Assembly (NCBI GenBank): GCA_041645165.1
Contig: JBAZQN010000001.1
Location: 1-51,970, forward strand
Source: Patescibacteria group bacterium
GTDB lineage: Bacteria; Patescibacteriota; Patescibacteriia; 2-02-FULL-49-11
Reading direction: 5' to 3'
Length of the DNA stretch: 51,970 nucleotides
Shown here: piece by piece, positions 33,373 to 40,870 of the stretch
How positions within the stretch are numbered: the stretch's first letter is position 1
Layout of the letters: every line of letters starts with the position of its first letter
Program-made: the position numbers and the translations under genes
Notes under the pieces: generated by a model
Told to the model about the DNA's origin: nothing
Seen by the model: the letters and a program-made list of their open reading frames with translations, nothing else
The model's database searches: none

Positions 33373-34264
33373 ATGGCCATATCGCGCACCGGAGATCAGA
33401 TTTCATTTGAAGCGATTGGCACACATTGGCAAATTGATGTTTACGATAAGCGCGCTCAAAAAATTGAGCGCGCTGCGCTGTTCAAAGAGATAAGGGAACG
33501 GATTGAAGAATTTGACCGCACCTATTCGCGGTTCCGCGACGACACTTTGGTTTCTGCAATGGCGCGCGCTGCCGGGACTTACACGCTTCCGTTTGACGCC
33601 CAGCCGCTCATGGATTTGTATCTATCGCTCTATCAAGCAACCGGCGGCGCGTTTACGCCTCTCATCGGCGATACGCTCGCGGAAGCAGGGTATGATGCGC
33701 AGTATAGCCTGCCGCCCGGGAGCGCTCCACACGCCGCGTGCGTGGGATGAGGCGCTTAAATACCATTTTCCTTTCTTAAGGATAATAAAACCTGCGGTGC
33801 TCGACTTTGGCGCGGCGGGAAAAGGATATTGCATAGATCTCATTGGCGCGCTGCTGCAGGCGCATGGCATTGCCACGTATGCAATAGACGCGGGCGGGGA
33901 CATGCTTTACCGGAATAGTGCAAGCACTTTGAGAGTAGGGTTAGAACATCCTGAAAATCCAAGGCAGGTAATCGGGATATATGCGCTCGCAGGTGGAAGT
34001 ATCTGCTGTTCCGCGGGAAACAGGAGAGCCTGGCAGGGGTTTCATCACATCATCGATCCGCGCACGCTGCAGTCGCCGCGGGACATCCTCTCGGTCTGGG
34101 TGACTGCGGAGACTGCACTGCTGGCGGACGCAATGGCCACCGCGCTTTTTCTCGTCCCTGCAGCGCGCCTTGCTCCCAAATTTTCATTTGAGTATCTTCT
34201 CATGCGGCCTAATGCGTCCATTGAGCGCTCATCAGGTTTCCACGCGGAGCTTTTTACCGCATAA
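33373..34264 (+). pseudogene. apbE: ApbE-family FAD:protein FMN transferase interrupted by a +1 frameshift near 33715-33720
   Basis: Frame 1 reads FEAIGTHWQIDVY...TGGAFTPLIGDTLAEAGYD up to the stop at 33750. Frame 2 continues WDEAL...LDFGAAGKGYCIDL...AIDAGGDM...HHIIDPRT...ADAMATALF. The two frames join if one base is removed from the CCCGGG run. Confidence 0.75.
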
Positions 34265-34280
34265 ATATTTTAAAGTAAAA

Positions 34281-34362
34281 ACCCCCTCTTCGTGTCTCCC
34301 CCTTTCAGGGGGAGAACAGCCATATTTGTCCTCCCCTTATAAGGGGGAGGTTGGGAGGGGGT
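34281..34362. repeat. Nested palindromic element, family B
   Basis: ACCCCCTCTTCGTG-TCTCCCCCTTTCAGGGGGAGA-ACAGCCATATT-TGTCCTCCCCTTATAAGGGGGAGG-TTGGGAGGGGGT. Confidence 0.8.
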
Positions 34363-34441
34363 ATAGATCATTCATGAGGTATAACAGAAGTCATGTTTCA
34401 GCTGAATGGTATTTATGGTAAAATAAAGCTAATTATTATAT

Positions 34442-34547
34442 GCCCGCCTAAGTTTTACGGGCAAGAATGAGGTAAAATTCGACAGGTCGAGTCGTTGTCA
34501 TGGAGTAGTTAAGCGCATCAGACTGATGCAAAATTTAGGCGGGTATG
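34442..34547 (+). promoter_or_regulatory. Candidate structured 5' leader with alternative pairings masking the cbiM ribosome-binding region
   Basis: CCCGCCTAA (34443-34451) can pair with the local CGGGC (34458-34462). It can also pair perfectly with TTAGGCGGG (34535-34543), which ends 1 nt before the ATG. An internal perfect hairpin is GCATCAG-A-CTGATGC. Confidence 0.4.
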
Positions 34548-35294
34548 CACATTCCCGATGGGTTCTTAAATCATAGTGTATCTCTGTTTTCGGCAAGCGC
34601 CGCGCTTACCGCAGTGGGGTTTGCGATGAGAAAGGCGCGCCAAGGATTCCTTGAGAAGGTTCCTGTCTTTAAGGCGCGATTTGCCACTTTTCCTCCATCA
34701 GGCAATGCAGATGTTCAAGGCTGGCAGTACCATGTATCGAAGTGGGGGCAGCAAAAAATGTGGCGCATGGCGGGTGTGGGCTCGCTTATTTTTGCAGCAC
34801 AGATGGTGAATTTCCCCATAGCGGGCGGGACATCAGGGCATTTGCTCGGCGGTGTGCTGGCGGCGCTCATACTCGGGCCGTATGAGGCGTTGTTGGTGAT
34901 CAGCGCCGTGCTTCTCGTGCAGGCATTCGCCTTTGGCGACGGCGGGATTGCGGCGCTTGGCGCGAATATATTCAATATGGGCCTTATCGGCACGCTCGGA
35001 GGCTATTGGTGTTTTGTTCTTTTGCGGAATAAATTGAAACGTTATAAACTTGGGATGTGGGCAAGCGCATGGGGTGCGGCGTGGCTCTCGGTCACTGCTG
35101 CTGCGGCGTGCGCCTCGGCGGAGCTCGCGCTCTCCGGCACCGCGCCTTTCATGCGCGTGCTTTCCGCCATGCTTGAGTATCATGCGGTGATCGGATTGGG
35201 CGAGGCAGTGATCACTGTGGTGATTTTGCGCACACTGGCGCGGCGCAATTTTCCTCTTGCACTTTTTTCGGGAGAAACGTCAAAATCCATATGA
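34545..35294 (+). CDS. cbiM: CbiM-family ECF substrate-capture component (Co/Ni uptake)
   Basis: MHIPDGFL start, QMVNFPIAGGTSGHLLGG, AFGDGGIAALGANIFNMG. Confidence 0.85.
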   Translation: MHIPDGFLNHSVSLFSASAALTAVGFAMRKARQGFLEKVPVFKARFATFPPSGNADVQGWQYHVSKWGQQKMWRMAGVGSLIFAAQMVNFPIAGGTSGHLLGGVLAALILGPYEALLVISAVLLVQAFAFGDGGIAALGANIFNMGLIGTLGGYWCFVLLRNKLKRYKLGMWASAWGAAWLSVTAAAACASAELALSGTAPFMRVLSAMLEYHAVIGLGEAVITVVILRTLARRNFPLALFSGETSKSI

Positions 35295-35698
35295 ATTTAT
35301 ACACATCCCAACCGTCGAATGAGAATATTAAGAATGCACTTCAGGAGACCTCCCCTCACATCCCCTCCTTCATAAGGACTGCACTGCCAGTCAAGGGCAG
35401 CGCAGGGGGTGGTCTCATTTGTGTACTTCTGGGAGCGCTCCTCATCGGCGGGTTTTTGTCGCTCTTTGCCTCCGCATCGCCGGACGGTTTGGAAAAAGTG
35501 GCCGAGGAGCAAAGTTTCCTGTCGCAGGGAATTGCATTTTATAAGGGCGTTATGCAGGACTATGCGTTTCCGTGGATAGCGGATGAACGGATCGCCGCGT
35601 CATTCGCGGGGATCGCGGGGACGCTGCTGGTGTTTGCGGTATTGGCAGGAGCGGGGCGTGCGCTTTTTAGATTAAAAAGTCCTCGTGAAGATCAATAA
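35291..35698 (+). CDS. PDGLE-domain membrane protein (CbiN/NikN-like partner)
   Basis: SASPDGLEKVAEE motif between two TM segments. The start overlaps the cbiM stop (ATGA). Confidence 0.75.
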   Translation: MNLYTSQPSNENIKNALQETSPHIPSFIRTALPVKGSAGGGLICVLLGALLIGGFLSLFASASPDGLEKVAEEQSFLSQGIAFYKGVMQDYAFPWIADERIAASFAGIAGTLLVFAVLAGAGRALFRLKSPREDQ

Positions 35699-35727
35699 TT
35701 ATTTTACTTATTATTAATGTATTCACT

Positions 35728-36789
35728 ATGCCGATCTTCGACAATTTCAATTTCACAAGATCAAATATCCTCAAAATCACCGGCATCGCGTTCGTGGCGA
35801 TCGTACTAATTGCGCTTCTCATCCGCCTGATCGGGTCATCGGTTGGCACGTTGGTTAACAAGAGCCGGGTAAGCACCATGCAGGCGCCTCTCACTGGTTC
35901 GGTGTCGTACGGATTAGGAGGGAAATACACCGAAGACGCCGCGTATGGCGTAGCAGGCGGCGCGCCTGAATTGTCCGTGAGAAATATTGCGCCCATTCCT
36001 CCTGACAGCGGAGGCACCACGGGAAGCGACGCGGAGGCCTACGAAGTGACCGACTACCGCGGCACCATTGAGACCCGTAGCAAGGATGAGACGTGCCGCA
36101 CGTTATTTGATTTAAAAGCAAAAGAATACGTTATCTTTGAAAATGCGAACACCTATGACAGGGGCTGCAATTTCACGTTTAAGGTCGCGCGCGACCATGT
36201 GGAGGAAATAGTGGCGGCCGTGAAGGCGCTCAAACCGAAAGAGCTCGTGGAGAACACCCATACCATCAAGAAGCAGGTGGAAGATTTTACAAGCGAAATT
36301 GACATATTGCAGAGGAAGCAGGCAGTGATCGAGGATACCTTAAACAAGGCAATGGCCGCGTATGACGAAATTACCGCGCTTGCGACGCAGACGCGGGATG
36401 CGGAGAGTCTGGCGCGTATTATTAACAGCAAAATACAGACCATTGAGCGCCTCACGCAGGAGAGGCTGAACGTCAGCACCCAGCTCGATCGCCTCGCGCG
36501 CGCGAAGGCAGAGCAGCTCGACAAGCTTGAGTATACTTATTTCTACCTCACGGTGGTGGAAAATAAATTTGTCGACGCGAAAAATTTGAAAGATTCCTGG
36601 AAAGCGGCGATCAAGGCATTTGTCCGCGACGTGAACACGGTGGCGCAGGACGTGAGCGTCAACCTCGTCACGCTCTTACTCAAAGTGCTCCAATACCTGC
36701 TCTACGCATTCATCATCCTCATCATCGCCAAGTACGCATGGAATTTAGCAAAGCGCATCTGGAAAGGGCAATCCCCGCCACAGGCATAA
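35728..36789 (+). CDS. DUF4349-like membrane protein with central coiled coil
   Basis: N-terminal TM segment, then a beta-rich segment ending in FTFKVARDHVEEIV. A long heptad-like region follows (IKKQVEDFTSEIDILQRKQAVIEDTL...) and then C-terminal TM segments. Confidence 0.55.
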   Translation: MPIFDNFNFTRSNILKITGIAFVAIVLIALLIRLIGSSVGTLVNKSRVSTMQAPLTGSVSYGLGGKYTEDAAYGVAGGAPELSVRNIAPIPPDSGGTTGSDAEAYEVTDYRGTIETRSKDETCRTLFDLKAKEYVIFENANTYDRGCNFTFKVARDHVEEIVAAVKALKPKELVENTHTIKKQVEDFTSEIDILQRKQAVIEDTLNKAMAAYDEITALATQTRDAESLARIINSKIQTIERLTQERLNVSTQLDRLARAKAEQLDKLEYTYFYLTVVENKFVDAKNLKDSWKAAIKAFVRDVNTVAQDVSVNLVTLLLKVLQYLLYAFIILIIAKYAWNLAKRIWKGQSPPQA

Positions 36790-36806
36790 TGCGTCAAACC
36801 CATAAC

Positions 36807-36850
36807 TCCCCTCCGCCAGCGGGCGGATCCCCTCTTACCTTAAGAGGGGA
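36807..36850. repeat. G/C-run palindromic repeat, family B (short copy)
   Basis: CTCCCCTCCGCCAGCGGGCGGATCCCCTCTTACCTTAAGAGGGG, between convergent genes. Confidence 0.55.
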
Positions 36851-36907
36851 AGTCGGTATGCGCTTGAATCCCAAGAGGGCCCACACTAATGTCTGAAGAG
36901 CCATTTA

Positions 36908-37375
36908 TCATCCTTTGAGCTGAGTCGCGAGCTGGTGCGCCCACGCATCGATCGCGGCGTCTTGGGTTTGGGGAAATGAATCAATGCGGAGCGAAGGCAC
37001 AAGCAGGTTTCCCTCCGCTTCTTTCACGAAACGTTCAAGATGATCAGCCGCCGCGCAGAAGCGCATGTAGTTGGCGTCGCCAAGCCCGAAGACGGCGAAT
37101 TTTTTGTTATCAAATTTCCTGCCTTTTAGCGCGTCCACTAATTTCTGCATCTGGTCCTGAAGCTGGCCCTCTTCGAATTTGGCGGTGGCAGTATGCCTGT
37201 TCCACGTGCAGGAGCCGAGGACCACCGCATCGAATTCAGTGAAGATATCCGGCGCGGCGTCTCCTGCGGAGACCATATCAAGCGCCACGCCGTCCTGTCG
37301 CAGGGCGCTTGCGATGCGCTCGGCGACATAATAGGTATTGCCCGAGTTTGTGGCATAAAGCAATAGGATTTTCAT
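36908..37375 (-). CDS. Flavodoxin
   Basis: MKILLLYATNSGNTYYVAERI (phosphate-binding loop), VLGSCTWN, FGLGDANY. Confidence 0.85.
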   Translation of the reverse strand: MKILLLYATNSGNTYYVAERIASALRQDGVALDMVSAGDAAPDIFTEFDAVVLGSCTWNRHTATAKFEEGQLQDQMQKLVDALKGRKFDNKKFAVFGLGDANYMRFCAAADHLERFVKEAEGNLLVPSLRIDSFPQTQDAAIDAWAHQLATQLKG

Positions 37376-37460
37376 ATGATGATAGTTTTAGTCTTGCACG
37401 TGCCATCATTATAACGTTTCTGAAGAGGCTGGACAATTAGCTGCGCAGGGTATTATTTCG

Positions 37461-37489
37461 TTGTGAGAGCGTGTTATGAGTGCTATAAT
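37461..37489 (+). promoter_or_regulatory. Sigma-70-type promoter: TTGTGA, 17-nt spacer containing an extended-10 TG, then TATAAT
   Basis: The -35 is at 37461-37466 and the -10 at 37484-37489. The predicted start site falls on or next to the A of the ATG at 37496, the left flank of the family H element. Confidence 0.5.
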
Positions 37490-37498
37490 TGCACTATG

Positions 37499-37721
37499 CC
37501 CCGCAATACAACATCCAAGAGGGAGGCGGGAACTTAAGAGTGGAGAATGGATGAACTTGAGGGAGTCTGGGCGTGCGCATTAAGAGATAGTTTCATTGCC
37601 TCCCTCATTATATCGCCACACTCGCTTTTAATCATATTTTAGACTATGCTACTATAGTCGTTTTATTCATCAAAACTATCTCACGCCATTTATGTGTGGC
37701 GTTGGATGTTGTTATACGGGG
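37499..37721 (+). mobile_element. Structured 223-bp element, family H, copy 2, abutting the start codon of a tiny basic ORF
   Basis: Terminal inverted repeats are CCCCGCAATACAACATCCAA / TTGGATGTTGTTATACGGGG. The internal stem is GAGGGAGGC/GCCTCCCTC. TATG lies on both flanks (37495-37498 and 37722-37725). Confidence 0.75.
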
Positions 37722-37722
37722 T

Positions 37723-37803
37723 ATGAACAAGAAGCGAAAAATAGCGCAAAAGAAACACCGCAAGAAGTCAGGGAAGAAAATTGGTGCGGTGAGGAATAGA
37801 TAA
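37723..37803 (+). CDS. 26-aa Lys/Arg-rich peptide, resembling very small ribosomal proteins (bS22/bL37 style)
   Basis: MNKKRKIAQKKHRKKSGKKIGAVRNR is below the ORF-track cutoff. Its position relative to the family H element is the same as for rpmG. Confidence 0.45.
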   Translation: MNKKRKIAQKKHRKKSGKKIGAVRNR

Positions 37804-37809
37804 TGCGGT

Positions 37810-39297
37810 ATGCGGAATAGCGCCTTGATGCGCATGAATGCACTTCTGCGCCGTTTCAGGGAGTATGCCGTGCCCGCGGGGCTTGTGTGTGCCACTGCGG
37901 TTTTTTTTAGTTGGCAGCTGGGCGCGGTGCCGCTCGTTGATTACGACGAGGCGACGTACGCGCAGGTTGCCATGGAAACGCGGGAGAACGGCGACCTTGC
38001 GCATCTAGTACGTTTGGGGCGTCCGTGGCTTGATAAGCCTCCGCTCTATTTCTGGCTTGCCATGGGGTCGGTGCGCTTGTTTGGCGAACAGGAATGGTCG
38101 TTTCGCATCCCCTCGGTGCTTGCGGCAATGGCGACGGTGTGGTGCGTGTATGCGCTCATGGCGAGACTTACCCGAATGCGCGCGGTGGCCGCGGCAGCAA
38201 GCGGTATCCTCATGGCGTCGCCCATTTACTTTATGTACGCGCGTGAAGCGCGCCTTGATGCGGGAGTAACGCTTGCGCTCGTGGCGGCGCTGTACTTTAC
38301 CGTGAGAGGATGGAAGAATCCTGTTTTTTTATTGGGGATTTTGCCTGCCCTTGCGATGGGATTTTACATGAAAAGTTTTGTGGTATTTCTTGCCTTGCCG
38401 GTGCTTCTTGTGTACAGCGCGGCGTACCATCATTGGGAGTGGATTAAATCAAAGTATTTATGGTTTGGGGGATTGGCGGCCGCGGCGCTGCTGTTTCCTT
38501 GGCATTATCTTCAATATATAAAGTTCGGGCATGAATTCATCCAGACCTATTTTATTTTTCAGGTCCTTGCCCGGTCAGTGACGACCCTGACAGGCACCAG
38601 CCATATCTTAAGTTACGCGGCAAACCTCTGGATATACCATCAGCCTTGGACCGCAGGGCTTCTCGTGGCTATGGGAGCGCTAATCTGCGTTCGTGCATTG
38701 AGCCGATCTCACAGGAAAATCAGTCCGCATGTGTTAGCGCCATTTCTTTCTGCCGTTATCATCGTCGGCTTATTTACCCTCATGCGCACTCATTTGTCGT
38801 CCTATCTTGTGCCGTCGTTTCCTTTTTTGGCGATGGCAGGAGCCATGTGCGCCTGGGAGGTTAGCGCCACGTTGATTCGACGCCGATTTGCCTACGTAGG
38901 TATTATGATAATCCTGCTTGCGTTCGGTTTTTTTGAAACATGGCAATTGAGGTATAACCTGGTTTTCCCCTATCACTTTGAAGAACGCGCCGCAGGCATG
39001 CGCATACAACAGGACAACCGAGGCCAAGCGCCGGTCTATATCGTCAATTGGCCGTACCATGAGACTATCCGCTATTACGGGAGCACCGATATAGTGCCGC
39101 TCAATTTGCAGGATTCAGGCGGCCGGCACTTGAAAGCCCCTTTTTATTTTTTGGTAAATACTCAAGCGGCGTCATTTCTCAACGACACCGCAGGGAATCC
39201 GCCTACGGCATATCCGGGCGTGCAAGAGCTTTATCGGGGCGAGTACCTGTGGCTGTTGAAATCAACCATCGATTTTACCCTGCCGACTTTTCAATAA
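37810..39297 (+). CDS. ArnT/PMT-like glycosyltransferase (GT39/GT83 family, polytopic membrane)
   Basis: VPLVDYDEATYAQVAMETRENGD...LDKPPLYFWLAMGSVRLFG is the typical first-loop DE motif region. About 11-12 TM segments follow. Confidence 0.8.
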   Translation: MRNSALMRMNALLRRFREYAVPAGLVCATAVFFSWQLGAVPLVDYDEATYAQVAMETRENGDLAHLVRLGRPWLDKPPLYFWLAMGSVRLFGEQEWSFRIPSVLAAMATVWCVYALMARLTRMRAVAAAASGILMASPIYFMYAREARLDAGVTLALVAALYFTVRGWKNPVFLLGILPALAMGFYMKSFVVFLALPVLLVYSAAYHHWEWIKSKYLWFGGLAAAALLFPWHYLQYIKFGHEFIQTYFIFQVLARSVTTLTGTSHILSYAANLWIYHQPWTAGLLVAMGALICVRALSRSHRKISPHVLAPFLSAVIIVGLFTLMRTHLSSYLVPSFPFLAMAGAMCAWEVSATLIRRRFAYVGIMIILLAFGFFETWQLRYNLVFPYHFEERAAGMRIQQDNRGQAPVYIVNWPYHETIRYYGSTDIVPLNLQDSGGRHLKAPFYFLVNTQAASFLNDTAGNPPTAYPGVQELYRGEYLWLLKSTIDFTLPTFQ

Positions 39298-39321
39298 ATT
39301 TTATTAAATGATTTCAATCAT

Positions 39322-39401
39322 ATGCGTAGTAATGCGTTGTGGATGCGTAGAGATGCGAAATAAAAACTTGGGTATCGCATCCAGACGCACTTACTACGCA
39401 T
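39322..39401. repeat. Nested palindrome (ATGCGTAGTAATGCGT...ACGCACTTACTACGCAT with inner TGGATGCG...CGCATCCA)
   Basis: Two concentric inverted repeats fill the spacer upstream of greA. Confidence 0.65.
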
Positions 39402-39435
39402 TTAAACGCAGGTGAGAAATAGTGTTTATTTATAT

Positions 39436-39948
39436 ATGCGCGTGCCAAAGAGAAAATCGGAAGAATTCAGGAAATATAACAGGCCTGACAGCACGCCTGT
39501 GTTTGTCACGCAAGAGGGATTAGAGAGGCTCCAGAGCCAGCTTGCGCGCCTTGAGAAGGAGCTTCCCGACCTTATTGCCGAAGTGCAGAGGACAGGCGCT
39601 TTTGGCGATTTTTCGGAAAATGCGGAGTATCAGGCGGCAAAATACCTGCTGCGGCGCACGCATGGGAGGATTGCGTCTTTGAAAGATCGTCTTAATAGGA
39701 TTGAAATCATTACCGCGCGCGGCAAACATTCAGATACCGTGCAGATCGGCTCAACGGTCGTGCTGGAAAGCAAGGGGAAACAATTTATCTATCAAATTCT
39801 TGGTTCATACGAATCAGATCCTGCCAAGGGCCGCATTTCCCACAAATCTCCTCTGGGGGAAGCGCTCCTTCACCATCGCGCGGGCGACCATATTATCATT
39901 GATACACCTAAGGGAGTAATAGGTTATCAAATTCTGAAAATACAGTAA
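39436..39948 (+). CDS. greA: Transcription elongation factor GreA
   Basis: VTQEGLERLQSQLARLEK...GDFSENAEYQAAK...ISHKSPLGEALLHHRAGD. The alternative GTG start at 39412 cannot be excluded. Confidence 0.85.
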   Translation: MRVPKRKSEEFRKYNRPDSTPVFVTQEGLERLQSQLARLEKELPDLIAEVQRTGAFGDFSENAEYQAAKYLLRRTHGRIASLKDRLNRIEIITARGKHSDTVQIGSTVVLESKGKQFIYQILGSYESDPAKGRISHKSPLGEALLHHRAGDHIIIDTPKGVIGYQILKIQ

Positions 39949-39973
39949 GATTTTTTACTCTCATAATGAACAA

Positions 39974-40004
39974 GCCAGCATGAAGTTCAATTCATGCCGG
40001 CTTT
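39974..40004. terminator. Bidirectional terminator-like hairpin between convergent genes
   Basis: GCCAGCATGAA-GTTCAA-TTCATGCCGGC followed by TTTAAAAAA. Confidence 0.5.
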
Positions 40005-40500
40005 AAAAAATCGCATACCAGAGCCATTCAATGGCTCTGACAAAAGTGGCGGAAAAGGGAATCCGTAATGTATTGCCTATGAGATAGGCAATGAGGAGCC
40101 TTCTGTCGCCTGTCCTGCCTATTAATACTAGAGTGGGAACATGAACTGCCCACCCGAATAAAATTGTTGGCCAAGCGGCGACTATACAAACAGCCACGGG
40201 GAGACCAAATTTCCCCGCAATTCTTGTAAAGAGTCGCTTTTTGGTGAGGTACGCCGAAGCGCGTACCTTTCTATGAATGTGCCAATTCTGGTTCCTGTTT
40301 TTTCTTCCCCTCGTTTTTTTCTTTCTTCTAATCATCCCCCCGAGGCGAAAGTATATGGTACTGGAGACGGTCGAGATGATTATCGCGACTACCATAGCCC
40401 ACTTGTAGGTGAGACCGATGGTAAATCTCCACCAAAAAATTGAACTGTCAGCGTTAAAGACAGTCCATCCCACTGTCAACAACAACTTAATCCAGTTCAT
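40003..40500 (-). CDS. Hypothetical polytopic membrane protein with a Lys/Arg-rich cytoplasmic loop
   Basis: Four hydrophobic segments and the loop RRKKKTRGRKNRNQ. I recognised no family. Confidence 0.45.
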   Translation of the reverse strand: MNWIKLLLTVGWTVFNADSSIFWWRFTIGLTYKWAMVVAIIISTVSSTIYFRLGGMIRRKKKTRGRKNRNQNWHIHRKVRASAYLTKKRLFTRIAGKFGLPVAVCIVAAWPTILFGWAVHVPTLVLIGRTGDRRLLIAYLIGNTLRIPFSATFVRAIEWLWYAIF

Positions 40501-40588
40501 TTTTACTTTCCTTTCTTTTATTTGTTTGTTTTTATCTTTTATATCTTATGGGAGAAAAGATTTTTTGTCCATTGGACGAGTGCAAAGA

Positions 40589-40617
40589 TTGACATAAGAG
40601 TTACATTCCACTATTAT
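40589..40617 (+). promoter_or_regulatory. Near-consensus sigma-70 promoter (TTGACA, 17-nt spacer, TATTAT)
   Basis: The -35 is at 40589-40594 and the -10 at 40612-40617. Confidence 0.55.
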
Positions 40618-40645
40618 TAAGACATGCATTAGGGTTCACTTTTTT

Positions 40646-40665
40646 ATCCCTTGAGGGATTTTTTT
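40646..40665 (+). terminator. Short hairpin plus T-tract about 25 nt downstream of the predicted start site
   Basis: ATCCC-TTGA-GGGAT-TTTTTT. Confidence 0.35.
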
Positions 40666-40810
40666 AATATAAACGTGGAATAATTTGGTAGTCAAGTTAT
40701 CACGCAGATGAACGCAGTAGCCTCTTTGGCTACTCGCCGATGAGGCGAGATGATCGCCCGCACCACATTATGACGTAATTTTTGTACCTCATCCGTTTAA
40801 TTCTTGCAGT

Positions 40811-40857
40811 CACCCCCTTTGCCTTCCCCCCTAGAAGGGGGGAAACATAGGGGGGTG
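40811..40857. repeat. G/C-run palindromic repeat, family B (short copy)
   Basis: CACCCCC-TTTGCC-TTCCCCCCTAGAAGGGGGGAA-ACATAG-GGGGGTG directly upstream of typA. Confidence 0.65.
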
Positions 40858-40870
40858 TATAATTTCAATT

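Noticed and set aside
34370-34545. A cobalamin (B12) riboswitch upstream of cbiM.
   Set aside because: I could not find a B12-box-like sequence or the conserved GGGAA/GGTG core motifs by eye. Only generic alternative helices are present. It is reported as an unclassified candidate leader instead.
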